Part shown: in pieces, positions 9,850 through 17,476 of the stretch
How the letters are laid out: each line of letters starts with the position of its first letter
How positions within the stretch are numbered: the stretch's first letter is position 1
From: Aliivibrio fischeri ES114
Lineage (GTDB): Bacteria > Pseudomonadota > Gammaproteobacteria > Enterobacterales > Vibrionaceae
DNA length: 32,000 nucleotides
NCBI RefSeq assembly: GCF_000011805.1
Contig: NC_006840.2
Strand: one strand, 5' to 3'
Translations under genes and position numbers: made by a program
The notes under the pieces: model-generated
Told to the model about the DNA's origin: nothing
The model's database searches: none
Seen by the model: only the letters and a program-made list of their open reading frames with translations

Positions 9850-10692
9850 TTAAGATAAAGGATACCAAAACATTGATGTATCCATTATTTTTTTAGTAAT
9901 AGCTAAAGAAACAACCAAAAATAGGCTCAGCATTATTAATTTATCTGTTTTAGTTATGCTTTTTTCGCTAAACCAAGTTCTGCTTTTCCCACGACCAAAA
10001 CCTCGTAATACCATTGCATTCGATATTTCATCAGCACGGTCTAAGCTTGAGAAAATCAATGGACCTAAGATTTTCGCCAAATTACTAATTCGTGTAAATA
10101 CAGGAACATTTTTTGATAAATCGACACCTCGAGCTTGCTGAGCATGCATGATATTAACAAAATCGCTTTTCACTTCAGGTAAATAACGAAGTGTTAAACT
10201 CACTGCATATGCAATCTTATAAGGTAACCCAATTCGATTTAGACTTGCTGCAAACTCTGTTGGGTGCGTTGTAAAAACAAACACTAATGCGATTGGAAAC
10301 ATACTAAAATATTTTAGTGTTACCGTTATCAAATAAAAAAGCGTTTCTTGTGTAACTACATAATGACCAAAAATAGGAAACAATTCTGTCGTTGTACCTA
10401 TCAATTCATTCCCTTGATTTGGTGCAAGTAAGAACATAAAAACAGCATTCATACTTAAAACCGATAATGTACCAATAAGTAACGGTTTATAAGCTATATA
10501 TGGTACTTTTGTTTCTTTTAATAAAAATAAACCAAATAAAATTAATGGAATAATAATTCGTAAATCAAACGTTGTTAGTACTACTGTTATCCAAGAGATA
10601 AAAAGAAGAAACTTAGTTACGCCATTTAAACGATGTAACCATGTATCAATATCTACATAGTTAATTCCAAAGCTTTGCTTCTTAGTGGACAT
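9850..10692 (-). CDS. ECF transporter transmembrane (T) component
   Basis: CbiQ/EcfT-like polytopic protein with the conserved ARG..L motifs (HAQQARGVDL, ...AMVLRGFG). The start was moved to the ATG at 10692 (MSTKK), overlapping the ATPase stop by 11 nt. Confidence 0.85.
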   Translation of the reverse strand: MSTKKQSFGINYVDIDTWLHRLNGVTKFLLFISWITVVLTTFDLRIIIPLILFGLFLLKETKVPYIAYKPLLIGTLSVLSMNAVFMFLLAPNQGNELIGTTTELFPIFGHYVVTQETLFYLITVTLKYFSMFPIALVFVFTTHPTEFAASLNRIGLPYKIAYAVSLTLRYLPEVKSDFVNIMHAQQARGVDLSKNVPVFTRISNLAKILGPLIFSSLDRADEISNAMVLRGFGRGKSRTWFSEKSITKTDKLIMLSLFLVVSLAITKKIMDTSMFWYPLS

Positions 10693-12391
10693 TTTTCGTA
10701 CTCTCACACTCTTCAGTAATAAACTGCGTTATAAAACCATTAATATTTTCAACATCCGCTTTCTGAGCTAACTCAAATAAGCTTGTTACTGTTAAATTTG
10801 CTTTATTTAGCAACTCTGGTTGACTAAATACCTGCGAAACAGGCTCATCAGCTATACAATGGCTATCTGCAATAACAATTGCTCTTGTCGTATGCTCAAG
10901 AACCAAATGCATATCATGTGAAATAATAATAACGGTTAATCCAAGATCTCTATTCAACTGATTAATAAAACCAAGCATGGACGTATAATTACGATAATCT
11001 TGTCCTGCTGTTGGCTCATCAAGGATTAATAACTCAGGCTCTAATACCAAAATTGAAGCGATTGTGACTCGTTTTTTCTGACCATAACTTAAAGCATCAA
11101 TTGGCCAATGACGAAAACGGCTTAAACCACACAGTTCTAAAGCATTAAGAACTTTTTTCTCAATATCACTTTCAGATAATCCACTATTAACTAAGCCGAA
11201 AGCAACTTCATCATAAATCATATGGTGTGAGATCATGTGATTTGGGTTTTGTAGTACAACACCCACTTTCTGAGAACGCTCATAAATAGACAATTCAGAT
11301 AAGTCAGAACCACTTAACAGGATACTTCCTTGGTCAGGTTGCAAAACTCCCATGATCAGTTTAGTGATTGTTGATTTCCCCGAACCATTTTTACCAAGAA
11401 TAGAAACGAATTCGCCTTTATTCACGGTAAAACTGACATTTTCAAGTGCATTAACTTCACCATCATAAGAATACGTTAGATCCTTAATGGTTAATAACGC
11501 TTGATCTGTATCCACTAACACTTCATTGAAAGATTCTTCTTTAAACCAGTGAGTCACTTCTTTATGAAATTGAACTGAGTTTACTTCACTTAATGGCGTA
11601 ATCGGCTTTAAAGCGTCCAAAACAACGTTTGCTCGCTTTAATAACGAGATGTATAACGGCTCACGGATACCATGCTTCTCTAATAAAGGAGATTTCAATA
11701 ACGCATCAGGCGTCATATCTGCAATAATTTCTCCCTGATCCATTAAAATAATACGGTCAACCGATCTATGCAGAACATCTTCTAATCGATGCTCAATAAT
11801 AACAACGGTCTTACCGCTATTTTTATGCAGGTCATCGATAATCTCTATTGTCGCTTTACCTGTTTTTGGATCTAAACTCGCTAAAGGTTCATCAAACAAT
11901 AAAAGATCAACATCATCGACAAGAATACCACCTAGTGATACTCGTTGTTTTTGACCACCACTAAGATCATAAGGAGATTTTTTCAATAATGTCTCTAAAT
12001 CCACCATCTTTGCGGTATCACGAACTATCGGATACATTTTTGCTCTTGAAACCATCTGATTTTCAAGTGCAAAAGCGATATCTTCGCCCACAGTTAACCC
12101 TACAAACTGGCTATCTGTATCTTGTAAAACCGTACCTACGTTTTCGGTATACTGCTCAATCTTCCATTCAGATACATTCGTATCATTAATCGTCAATTGA
12201 CCTTGTGATTCACCTTTAATGGTGTGCGGAATTAGGCCATTTAGACACTGACCTAATGTTGATTTGCCGCTTCCACTTGGTCCTATAATTAGGATCTTTT
12301 CACCTTGCTCTATCCTTAGATTAATATTTTTCAGCGTCGGTTTATCCTGTGACGCATATCGAAAAGAGAAATTAGAAAAGGTTACGCTCAT
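10682..12391 (-). CDS. ECF transporter fused tandem ATPase (A-A' components)
   Basis: Two ABC cassettes. The first has GPSGSGKST, LSGGQKQRV and LLLFDEP. The second has GKNGSGKST, LSYGQKKRV and LLILDEPT. Confidence 0.9.
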   Translation of the reverse strand: MSVTFSNFSFRYASQDKPTLKNINLRIEQGEKILIIGPSGSGKSTLGQCLNGLIPHTIKGESQGQLTINDTNVSEWKIEQYTENVGTVLQDTDSQFVGLTVGEDIAFALENQMVSRAKMYPIVRDTAKMVDLETLLKKSPYDLSGGQKQRVSLGGILVDDVDLLLFDEPLASLDPKTGKATIEIIDDLHKNSGKTVVIIEHRLEDVLHRSVDRIILMDQGEIIADMTPDALLKSPLLEKHGIREPLYISLLKRANVVLDALKPITPLSEVNSVQFHKEVTHWFKEESFNEVLVDTDQALLTIKDLTYSYDGEVNALENVSFTVNKGEFVSILGKNGSGKSTITKLIMGVLQPDQGSILLSGSDLSELSIYERSQKVGVVLQNPNHMISHHMIYDEVAFGLVNSGLSESDIEKKVLNALELCGLSRFRHWPIDALSYGQKKRVTIASILVLEPELLILDEPTAGQDYRNYTSMLGFINQLNRDLGLTVIIISHDMHLVLEHTTRAIVIADSHCIADEPVSQVFSQPELLNKANLTVTSLFELAQKADVENINGFITQFITEECESTKNVH

Positions 12392-12394
12392 TAA

Positions 12395-12946
12395 TTATGG
12401 CGCCTCTGTTAAATTAGTACTTTGTTTTTTACGCTTCGCTAAATTGTTTAAAATAAAATAGCCAACAATTGCGATTAAGAACGTATTACCTGCTGCAATA
12501 ATACACAGTTGCATAAATACTTTTGTAAATGGTTCTGCATATAAAATAGTATCTAAGAATGCAGAAGTACCATAACCGAACACATTGCCGAAAAAAGCTA
12601 ATACAACAAAAATTAAGAAGTCTTTCTTATCAAATAAACCCGATTCAATTCTATTCTTGGTAATGATTGGAAATAAACCAATAATCATACCAACAATACC
12701 CGAGCCTAATACCCATGTAAGCCAAACGCCCCAACCTGCAAATAGATCAGTCACCCAGTGACCGATAAAACCAACCAGAAAGCCTACGATTGGACCATAT
12801 AGCACAGAGAATAGTGCTAGCACAGCCATAGCGGGTTTTAATGTTGTGTTTGCGAAGACTGGAATACCAAACATTGGTAAACCACCAATACCATATAGCG
12901 CAGCGCCTATAGCAATAACAACAACAGTTTTAGCAGAAAGGTTCAT
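12395..12946 (-). CDS. ECF transporter substrate-specific (S) component, UPF0397-like, substrate unknown
   Basis: 183 aa with ~6 TM segments. The [24 protein letters not shown] block matches what I recall of the UPF0397 family, which is encoded next to tandem-ATPase and T genes in Firmicutes. It lies 3 nt upstream of the ATPase gene. Confidence 0.75.
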   Translation of the reverse strand: MNLSAKTVVVIAIGAALYGIGGLPMFGIPVFANTTLKPAMAVLALFSVLYGPIVGFLVGFIGHWVTDLFAGWGVWLTWVLGSGIVGMIIGLFPIITKNRIESGLFDKKDFLIFVVLAFFGNVFGYGTSAFLDTILYAEPFTKVFMQLCIIAAGNTFLIAIVGYFILNNLAKRKKQSTNLTEAP

Positions 12947-12994
12947 AGTGTTCGCCTTGAAGCAAAAGTGAGATTATAGGAAAGAAAGGCGCGC

Positions 12995-13022
12995 ATTATA
13001 CAGTAACTCACTCGGTTTGGAA
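12995..13022 (-). promoter_or_regulatory. Candidate sigma-70 promoter of the ECF operon
   Basis: On the minus strand: TTCCAA (13022-13017), a 16-nt spacer, then TATAAT (13000-12995). This leaves a leader of only ~40 nt. Confidence 0.35.
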
Positions 13023-13055
13023 ATGTTTACATCTAGACGGCTATATGTTTTTTAT

Positions 13056-13084
13056 ATAAAAAAGCTCACTAGCATAGTGAGCTT
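13056..13084 (-). terminator. Intrinsic terminator of the 722-aa lipoprotein gene
   Basis: 10-bp stem aagctcacta/tagtgagctt with a 3-nt loop, followed by a T-run on the minus strand. Confidence 0.7.
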
Positions 13085-13102
13085 AAAAATCATAAATTTT
13101 TA

Positions 13103-15271
13103 CTATCGTTCATATATCGACATATTATATTTTTCAGTATTTAGATTTGAAGAAAAAACAAAAATATAACGATTATCTTCCGAGAACTGTATTTCTTTAA
13201 TAAACATATTCTCTTCATTAACAACCAATGGTAAATCTAGTGTAAAAAATGCACCTTCATCTGATTGAATATCATATATATCGATTTTCCTTTCACTGAA
13301 GTCATAATGAGCAGCCAAAGTCCCATCTAATGAAACAAAAGTGCGATTCCATACATCATCATTCAATCCAACGCTTCCAATCGCAATAGCTTCACGATTA
13401 TAAATTCTATTTTGGAAAGATACTCGCTCACCAGTAGCGCTAATCGAAAATGAGTCCAAGTAAAAAGCATAACTACTGTTCGTATTTAATTCATTAAATT
13501 TATTATTTCGTACATCATAGACATAAGCATTTCTTGGAGAAGATATACCTGTCGAGTCTGTCCATATCAAGTGCGTTCCATTCTTACTCAATATAGCATT
13601 AGGCGAATAAACGTTTGGATAATTGACTGTCGCTAATTCCCAATTTGGATAATTGTAAATACTAGGCCATTGATTTGTATCAATAACAACGGTTTCTCCC
13701 GTGTAATATTGGCCAATAAAGCCAAAGTCCATGTAACCACAATGTGTGACACTTGGTGCATCCACAGTCACTTTTGTATCCAAATCAATTTTCGTCATAG
13801 AGCATGAAACACTGGACGTTAATAGCTGTGTACCATTATCAATAATCGCTAGTCCCTTAGGGCTCTCTCCTACAATTTGTTCGACTATCCATTGCTCATT
13901 GTCATGAGAAATTTCATATAATAGATTGGTCCAATTTGAGTAACTTCTAAAATAAAAGCGCTCCCTTTCTGAATCATAAATAACTTTTGATGCTGGATTT
14001 TCTGGCAAGTTTATTGACACAACGGGAAATACAGGGGCATGACGAACAACAACTCTTGCTTCTCCTCGTAAATAATCTAGGCTATTTTCAATAACAAAGT
14101 TAATCTCTTGCTCTGTTGCATTAGCTTTGATATTAAGCTCAACTTCATTATCACTAATATAATTGACCGATTGAATAGTTGAAGTAAATGCTTTGAAGTC
14201 CTCCTCTGTTAATGACATCAAATTATTACCCCAGACTCTTACGGTAACCTCATCTGATGTATAAAGAACATACGGAGAAATCTGTTGAATATCAGTAAAA
14301 TCTATCTCTACATCAAACTCAATTTTACGTGTTTTTGGGGACAGTAGGTCACCATATTGATATTCAAACTCAATCCATTGTTGATATATTCCGTTACTTT
14401 GAGATAACAGATCAAATTCAAGACTAACATCAACATTATTTAAATTCTGAGTAACAGAGATCATAGAGCTTGAGTCAATAACATTCCATATAACACCTTC
14501 ACTGGTAGGAGTAACAGGGATAGTCATATTTAATTCAGATGCTATCGTTTCGTTATTTATCGTTAGCTTGTTTACCGTATCAATATTAAATTCAGGTTCT
14601 GTTATAAGATAAACAATTTTCACTTTTCTAAAGCGATAATTTTGATCTAAAAACTCAATATATCCGATATGCTCTCCAACACTCAGATCTGTTTTAATGA
14701 TCTTAGCTTTGTATTGATTATTAACAACTTCAACATCTAACCAATCCCAATCACTAAATGCACCATAAGTGATATAAGTATTGTTTCCTTCAACTGGTCC
14801 CGAATCTGAAACGGAAATCATACTTTCTAAAGTTACATTTTGCTTTCCTACAACTGCAGTAAAGAAAAGTGGCTCTTTTACTGTTAATTCAATAGGTACA
14901 TCTTTATATGCTACGCTATCATTGCTGTATGCCGTTACAAATCGTAATGCCGAGTTATAAACTCCTGTATCAACATTGCCATGTAAGTAAACTCGAAAAA
15001 CAGCCTGATTTGAGGTTATGCTTTGTTTATCTGCTCCTAGCCAAATAGGAACTTCATTTACTCCCTTAGGCATTCCGACCAATACACCTTCGCCTTGATA
15101 ATTTACTGTGACATCGACTTCATAAATATCACCTTGATATACAGACGCCGTAATTTGACTGACATTTAATGTTATGGAAGCAGTTCCTCCTCCTCCATCG
15201 TCATCACTGCCACCACATCCCACTAAAAACAAACTTAATAAAGTAAATACGAATTTCTGTAGGTATCTCAT
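13103..15271 (-). CDS. Large lipoprotein: tandem beta-sandwich (Ig/BACON/IPT-like) domains plus a C-terminal TolB-like beta-propeller; function unknown
   Basis: Lipobox LFLVGC followed by a GGSDDDGGGG linker. Then about four ~95-aa repeats rich in beta-strand pattern. The C-terminal ~300 aa carries recurring blade-like motifs (IDNGTQLL, LSKNGTHLIW, ISATGERVSF, VSLDGTLAAH, FSEDNRYIFV). Confidence 0.75.
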   Translation of the reverse strand: MRYLQKFVFTLLSLFLVGCGGSDDDGGGGTASITLNVSQITASVYQGDIYEVDVTVNYQGEGVLVGMPKGVNEVPIWLGADKQSITSNQAVFRVYLHGNVDTGVYNSALRFVTAYSNDSVAYKDVPIELTVKEPLFFTAVVGKQNVTLESMISVSDSGPVEGNNTYITYGAFSDWDWLDVEVVNNQYKAKIIKTDLSVGEHIGYIEFLDQNYRFRKVKIVYLITEPEFNIDTVNKLTINNETIASELNMTIPVTPTSEGVIWNVIDSSSMISVTQNLNNVDVSLEFDLLSQSNGIYQQWIEFEYQYGDLLSPKTRKIEFDVEIDFTDIQQISPYVLYTSDEVTVRVWGNNLMSLTEEDFKAFTSTIQSVNYISDNEVELNIKANATEQEINFVIENSLDYLRGEARVVVRHAPVFPVVSINLPENPASKVIYDSERERFYFRSYSNWTNLLYEISHDNEQWIVEQIVGESPKGLAIIDNGTQLLTSSVSCSMTKIDLDTKVTVDAPSVTHCGYMDFGFIGQYYTGETVVIDTNQWPSIYNYPNWELATVNYPNVYSPNAILSKNGTHLIWTDSTGISSPRNAYVYDVRNNKFNELNTNSSYAFYLDSFSISATGERVSFQNRIYNREAIAIGSVGLNDDVWNRTFVSLDGTLAAHYDFSERKIDIYDIQSDEGAFFTLDLPLVVNEENMFIKEIQFSEDNRYIFVFSSNLNTEKYNMSIYER

Positions 15272-15523
15272 TTTATTCCCTTAAATTGATAACCAATAAT
15301 GCGTAATTTTATCGTTTATCTAACAACGTACTTACTTTGTTTTTATACAAAAAAATAACTTTAGGGCTGAGATAACATGATACTAACTAACAATTTTATA
15401 AGTTGCATATAAAGTGTCGATTAGAATCCGCTTAAAACAAAAATAGATAACAATGAAAGCAAATAGTAAGTAGGTATGAAGATAGCTGTATGGATTATTG
15501 TGAAATGACGCTTTTGCAGGAAT

Positions 15524-15553
15524 AAAAAAGGCTCATCATTTCTGATGAGCCTT
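15524..15553 (-). terminator. Intrinsic terminator of the tRNA operon
   Basis: aaggctcatca/tgatgagcctt stem with a 4-nt loop and a T-run on the minus strand, 10 nt after the tRNA-Leu 3' end. Confidence 0.7.
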
Positions 15554-15562
15554 CTTAAAAGA

Positions 15563-15649
15563 TGGTGCCCCGGGCCGGACTTGAACCGGCACAGCGCGAA
15601 CGCCGAGGGATTTTAAATCCCTTGTGTCTACCAATTCCACCACCAGGGC
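15563..15649 (-). tRNA. tRNA-Leu (anticodon UAA), copy 1
   Basis: The reverse complement is GCCCTGGTGGTGGAATTGGTAGACACAAGGGATTTAAAATCCCT...GGTTCAAGTCCGGCCCGGGGCACCA. It has a long variable arm and an encoded CCA, and is near-identical to E. coli leuZ. Confidence 0.93.
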
Positions 15650-15726
15650 ACGCAATTTCTTGCGATGCCGATTACTGAAAAGTAAAACACCATCTGTAAT
15701 TACCGCTATTGCAGTAATTTTTAATT

Positions 15727-15802
15727 TGGAGCGACACACGAGGTTCGAACTCGTGACCTCAACCTTGGCAAGGTTGCGCTCTACCAGCTGAGCTAGTGTC
15801 GC
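15727..15802 (-). tRNA. tRNA-Gly (anticodon GCC), copy 1
   Basis: The reverse complement is GCGACACTAGCTCAGCTGGTAGAGCGCAACCTTGCCAAGGTTGAGGTCACGAGTTCGAACCTCGTGTGTCGCTCCA. The anticodon loop is TTGCCAA. Confidence 0.93.
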
Positions 15803-15816
15803 ATTGCATAAAGAAA

Positions 15817-15890
15817 TGGAGGCGCCTCCCGGAATCGAACCGAGGTCCACGGATTTGCAATCCGCTGCATAGCCACTCTGCCAAGGCGCC
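15817..15890 (-). tRNA. tRNA-Cys (anticodon GCA), copy 1
   Basis: The reverse complement is GGCGCCTTGGCAGAGTGGCTATGCAGCGGATTGCAAATCCGTGGACCTCGGTTCGATTCCGGGAGGCGCCTCCA. The anticodon loop is TTGCAAA. Confidence 0.93.
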
Positions 15891-15929
15891 ATTCTTTATA
15901 TTAAGTTGCTTATCCAAGTAAGCTAATAG

Positions 15930-16016
15930 ATGGTGCCCCGGGCCGGACTTGAACCGGCACAGCGCGAACGCCGAGGGATTTTAAATCCCTTGTGTCTACC
16001 AATTCCACCACCAGGG
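15930..16016 (-). tRNA. tRNA-Leu (anticodon UAA), copy 2
   Basis: Identical to copy 1. Confidence 0.93.
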
Positions 16017-16129
16017 CACGCAATTTCTTGCGATGCCGATTACTGAAAAGTAAAACACCATCTGTAACTACCGCTATTGCAGTAATTTTTAATTTGTAGA
16101 AAAAAGCTAACGCTTTTTACTTTAAAATT

Positions 16130-16205
16130 TGGAGCGACACACGAGGTTCGAACTCGTGACCTCAACCTTGGCAAGGTTGCGCTCTACCAGCTGAGCTAGT
16201 GTCGC
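16130..16205 (-). tRNA. tRNA-Gly (anticodon GCC), copy 2
   Basis: Identical to copy 1. Confidence 0.93.
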
Positions 16206-16218
16206 ATTACATAAAGAA

Positions 16219-16292
16219 TGGAGGCGCCTCCCGGAATCGAACCGAGGTCCACGGATTTGCAATCCGCTGCATAGCCACTCTGCCAAGGCGCC
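16219..16292 (-). tRNA. tRNA-Cys (anticodon GCA), copy 2
   Basis: Identical to copy 1. Confidence 0.93.
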
Positions 16293-16309
16293 ATCTCTTT
16301 ACGGGGCTT

Positions 16310-16337
16310 AATGTAACTGATTTAAAAAAAGAGTCAA
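16310..16337 (-). promoter_or_regulatory. Candidate tRNA operon promoter
   Basis: On the minus strand: TTGACT (16337-16332), a 16-nt spacer, TACATT (16315-16310), then a GC-rich AAGCCCCG discriminator. An AT-rich UP-like tract lies upstream, and the first tRNA starts ~17 nt after the -10 element. Confidence 0.35.
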
Positions 16338-16419
16338 ATAAAAATTAGTATTTAACTCTCCGTTTGTAGACTTTATCGCCAAAATGCTGACAAATCAGCT
16401 AACATGTTGAAAAAACGGT

Positions 16420-17364
16420 CTATTTTGGTCGCCATACTTTTATTTCAGATTGTGGCTTACCTTGCTCTTTACGATCATTTTTACGCTTAGGTGCCGATTT
16501 GCTAAAACGCCCTTCTTTGGCTTTTTCACGACGATTTTCTTTAAACGTATTATTTGAATGATGATTTCTTCCTGAACTCGCTTTTTTCAATACACGAACT
16601 TTACCATCAATTTCTTTTACTTTGCGAGACGCTTCTTCAGTCTTACTTGATGTTCCAATCATTCCGTTTAGCTGGTCCATCTCAGCTTGACTTAAATAAC
16701 GCCATTCTCCAGAAGCAAGCTTACCTAGATCAATATTCATAATACGAACACGTTTTAATTTGAATACTTCATAATCTAAGTACTCACACATTCTACGAAT
16801 TTGACGATTCAATCCTTGAGTCAAAGTGATACGAAATACAAATCGAGATTCTTGCTTAATCTTACATGGCAAAGTTACCGTATCTAGGATCGGTACACCA
16901 GCGGCCATTTTTTGTAAAAACTCATCAGTGATTGGCTTATCAACACGAACCACATATTCTTTTTCATGGGCATTACCCGCTCGCAGGATCTTATTTACAA
17001 TATCGCCATCATTGGTTAAGAATATTAAACCATCTGACGGTTTATCCAATCGACCAATAGGAAAAATACGTTGCTCATGATTGATGTAATCAACAATATT
17101 ACCTTCAACATGTCGCTCTGTCGTACAAGTAATTCCAACAGGCTTATTAAAAGCAATATAAATGCGATCTTGTTTCTCTTTTAACGGCTTCCCATCAACC
17201 AAAACTTCATCGCCATCAGCTACTTTCGTTCCCATCTCAGGGATCTTGCCATTAATCGTAATACGTTGTTGATCGATAAGTTTATCGGCTTCTCTTCGTG
17301 AGCAATATCCCGTATCACTAATAAATTTATTCAGACGGGTTAATTTAGGTTCTGGTGATGTCAT
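16420..17364 (-). CDS. rluF: 23S rRNA pseudouridine synthase RluF (RsuA family)
   Basis: S4 domain ([21 protein letters not shown]), catalytic [17 protein letters not shown], and [26 protein letters not shown] plus a Lys/Arg-rich tail, colinear with E. coli RluF. The start was set at the ATG at 17364, preceded by a GAGG Shine-Dalgarno. The ORF-track start at 17376 is a TTG. Confidence 0.88.
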   Translation of the reverse strand: MTSPEPKLTRLNKFISDTGYCSRREADKLIDQQRITINGKIPEMGTKVADGDEVLVDGKPLKEKQDRIYIAFNKPVGITCTTERHVEGNIVDYINHEQRIFPIGRLDKPSDGLIFLTNDGDIVNKILRAGNAHEKEYVVRVDKPITDEFLQKMAAGVPILDTVTLPCKIKQESRFVFRITLTQGLNRQIRRMCEYLDYEVFKLKRVRIMNIDLGKLASGEWRYLSQAEMDQLNGMIGTSSKTEEASRKVKEIDGKVRVLKKASSGRNHHSNNTFKENRREKAKEGRFSKSAPKRKNDRKEQGKPQSEIKVWRPK

Positions 17365-17421
17365 GATGTACCTCAAAAAAGTGAACAGCCGCAGTGTATC
17401 AGAAACGAATAAATATCCAAT

Positions 17422-17456
17422 AAAAAAGCACCCTAAACCAATGCTTAGGGTGCTTT
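17422..17456 (-). terminator. Intrinsic terminator of the coiled-coil lipoprotein gene
   Basis: aagcaccctaa/ttagggtgctt stem followed by a T-run on the minus strand. Confidence 0.7.
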
Positions 17457-17476
17457 ACTACAACGTAAATAAATAA

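Larger units (their letters stand above)
15563..16292 (-). repeat. Tandem duplication of a tRNA Cys-Gly-Leu unit (two units of ~367 and ~403 bp)
   Basis: All three tRNAs are sequence-identical between the units. The spacers differ by two substitutions, a 1-nt A-run length change and a ~36-nt insertion in the Gly-Leu spacer of unit 2. Confidence 0.9.

Noticed and set aside
12947-13055. Riboswitch (TPP, cobalamin, preQ1, etc.) upstream of the ECF S component
   Set aside because: The region between the upstream terminator and the ATG is ~110 nt. It holds a plausible promoter that leaves only a ~40-nt leader, and I could find no conserved aptamer core sequence.
15536-15892. 118-aa ORF in the six-frame track
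   Set aside because: It lies entirely across tRNA-Leu, tRNA-Gly and tRNA-Cys and their spacers. It is an artefact of reading through structured RNA genes.
17365-17376. Upstream start of rluF at 17376
   Set aside because: That codon is a TTG. The ATG at 17364 is preceded by GAGG at the right distance and aligns better with the E. coli RluF N-terminus.
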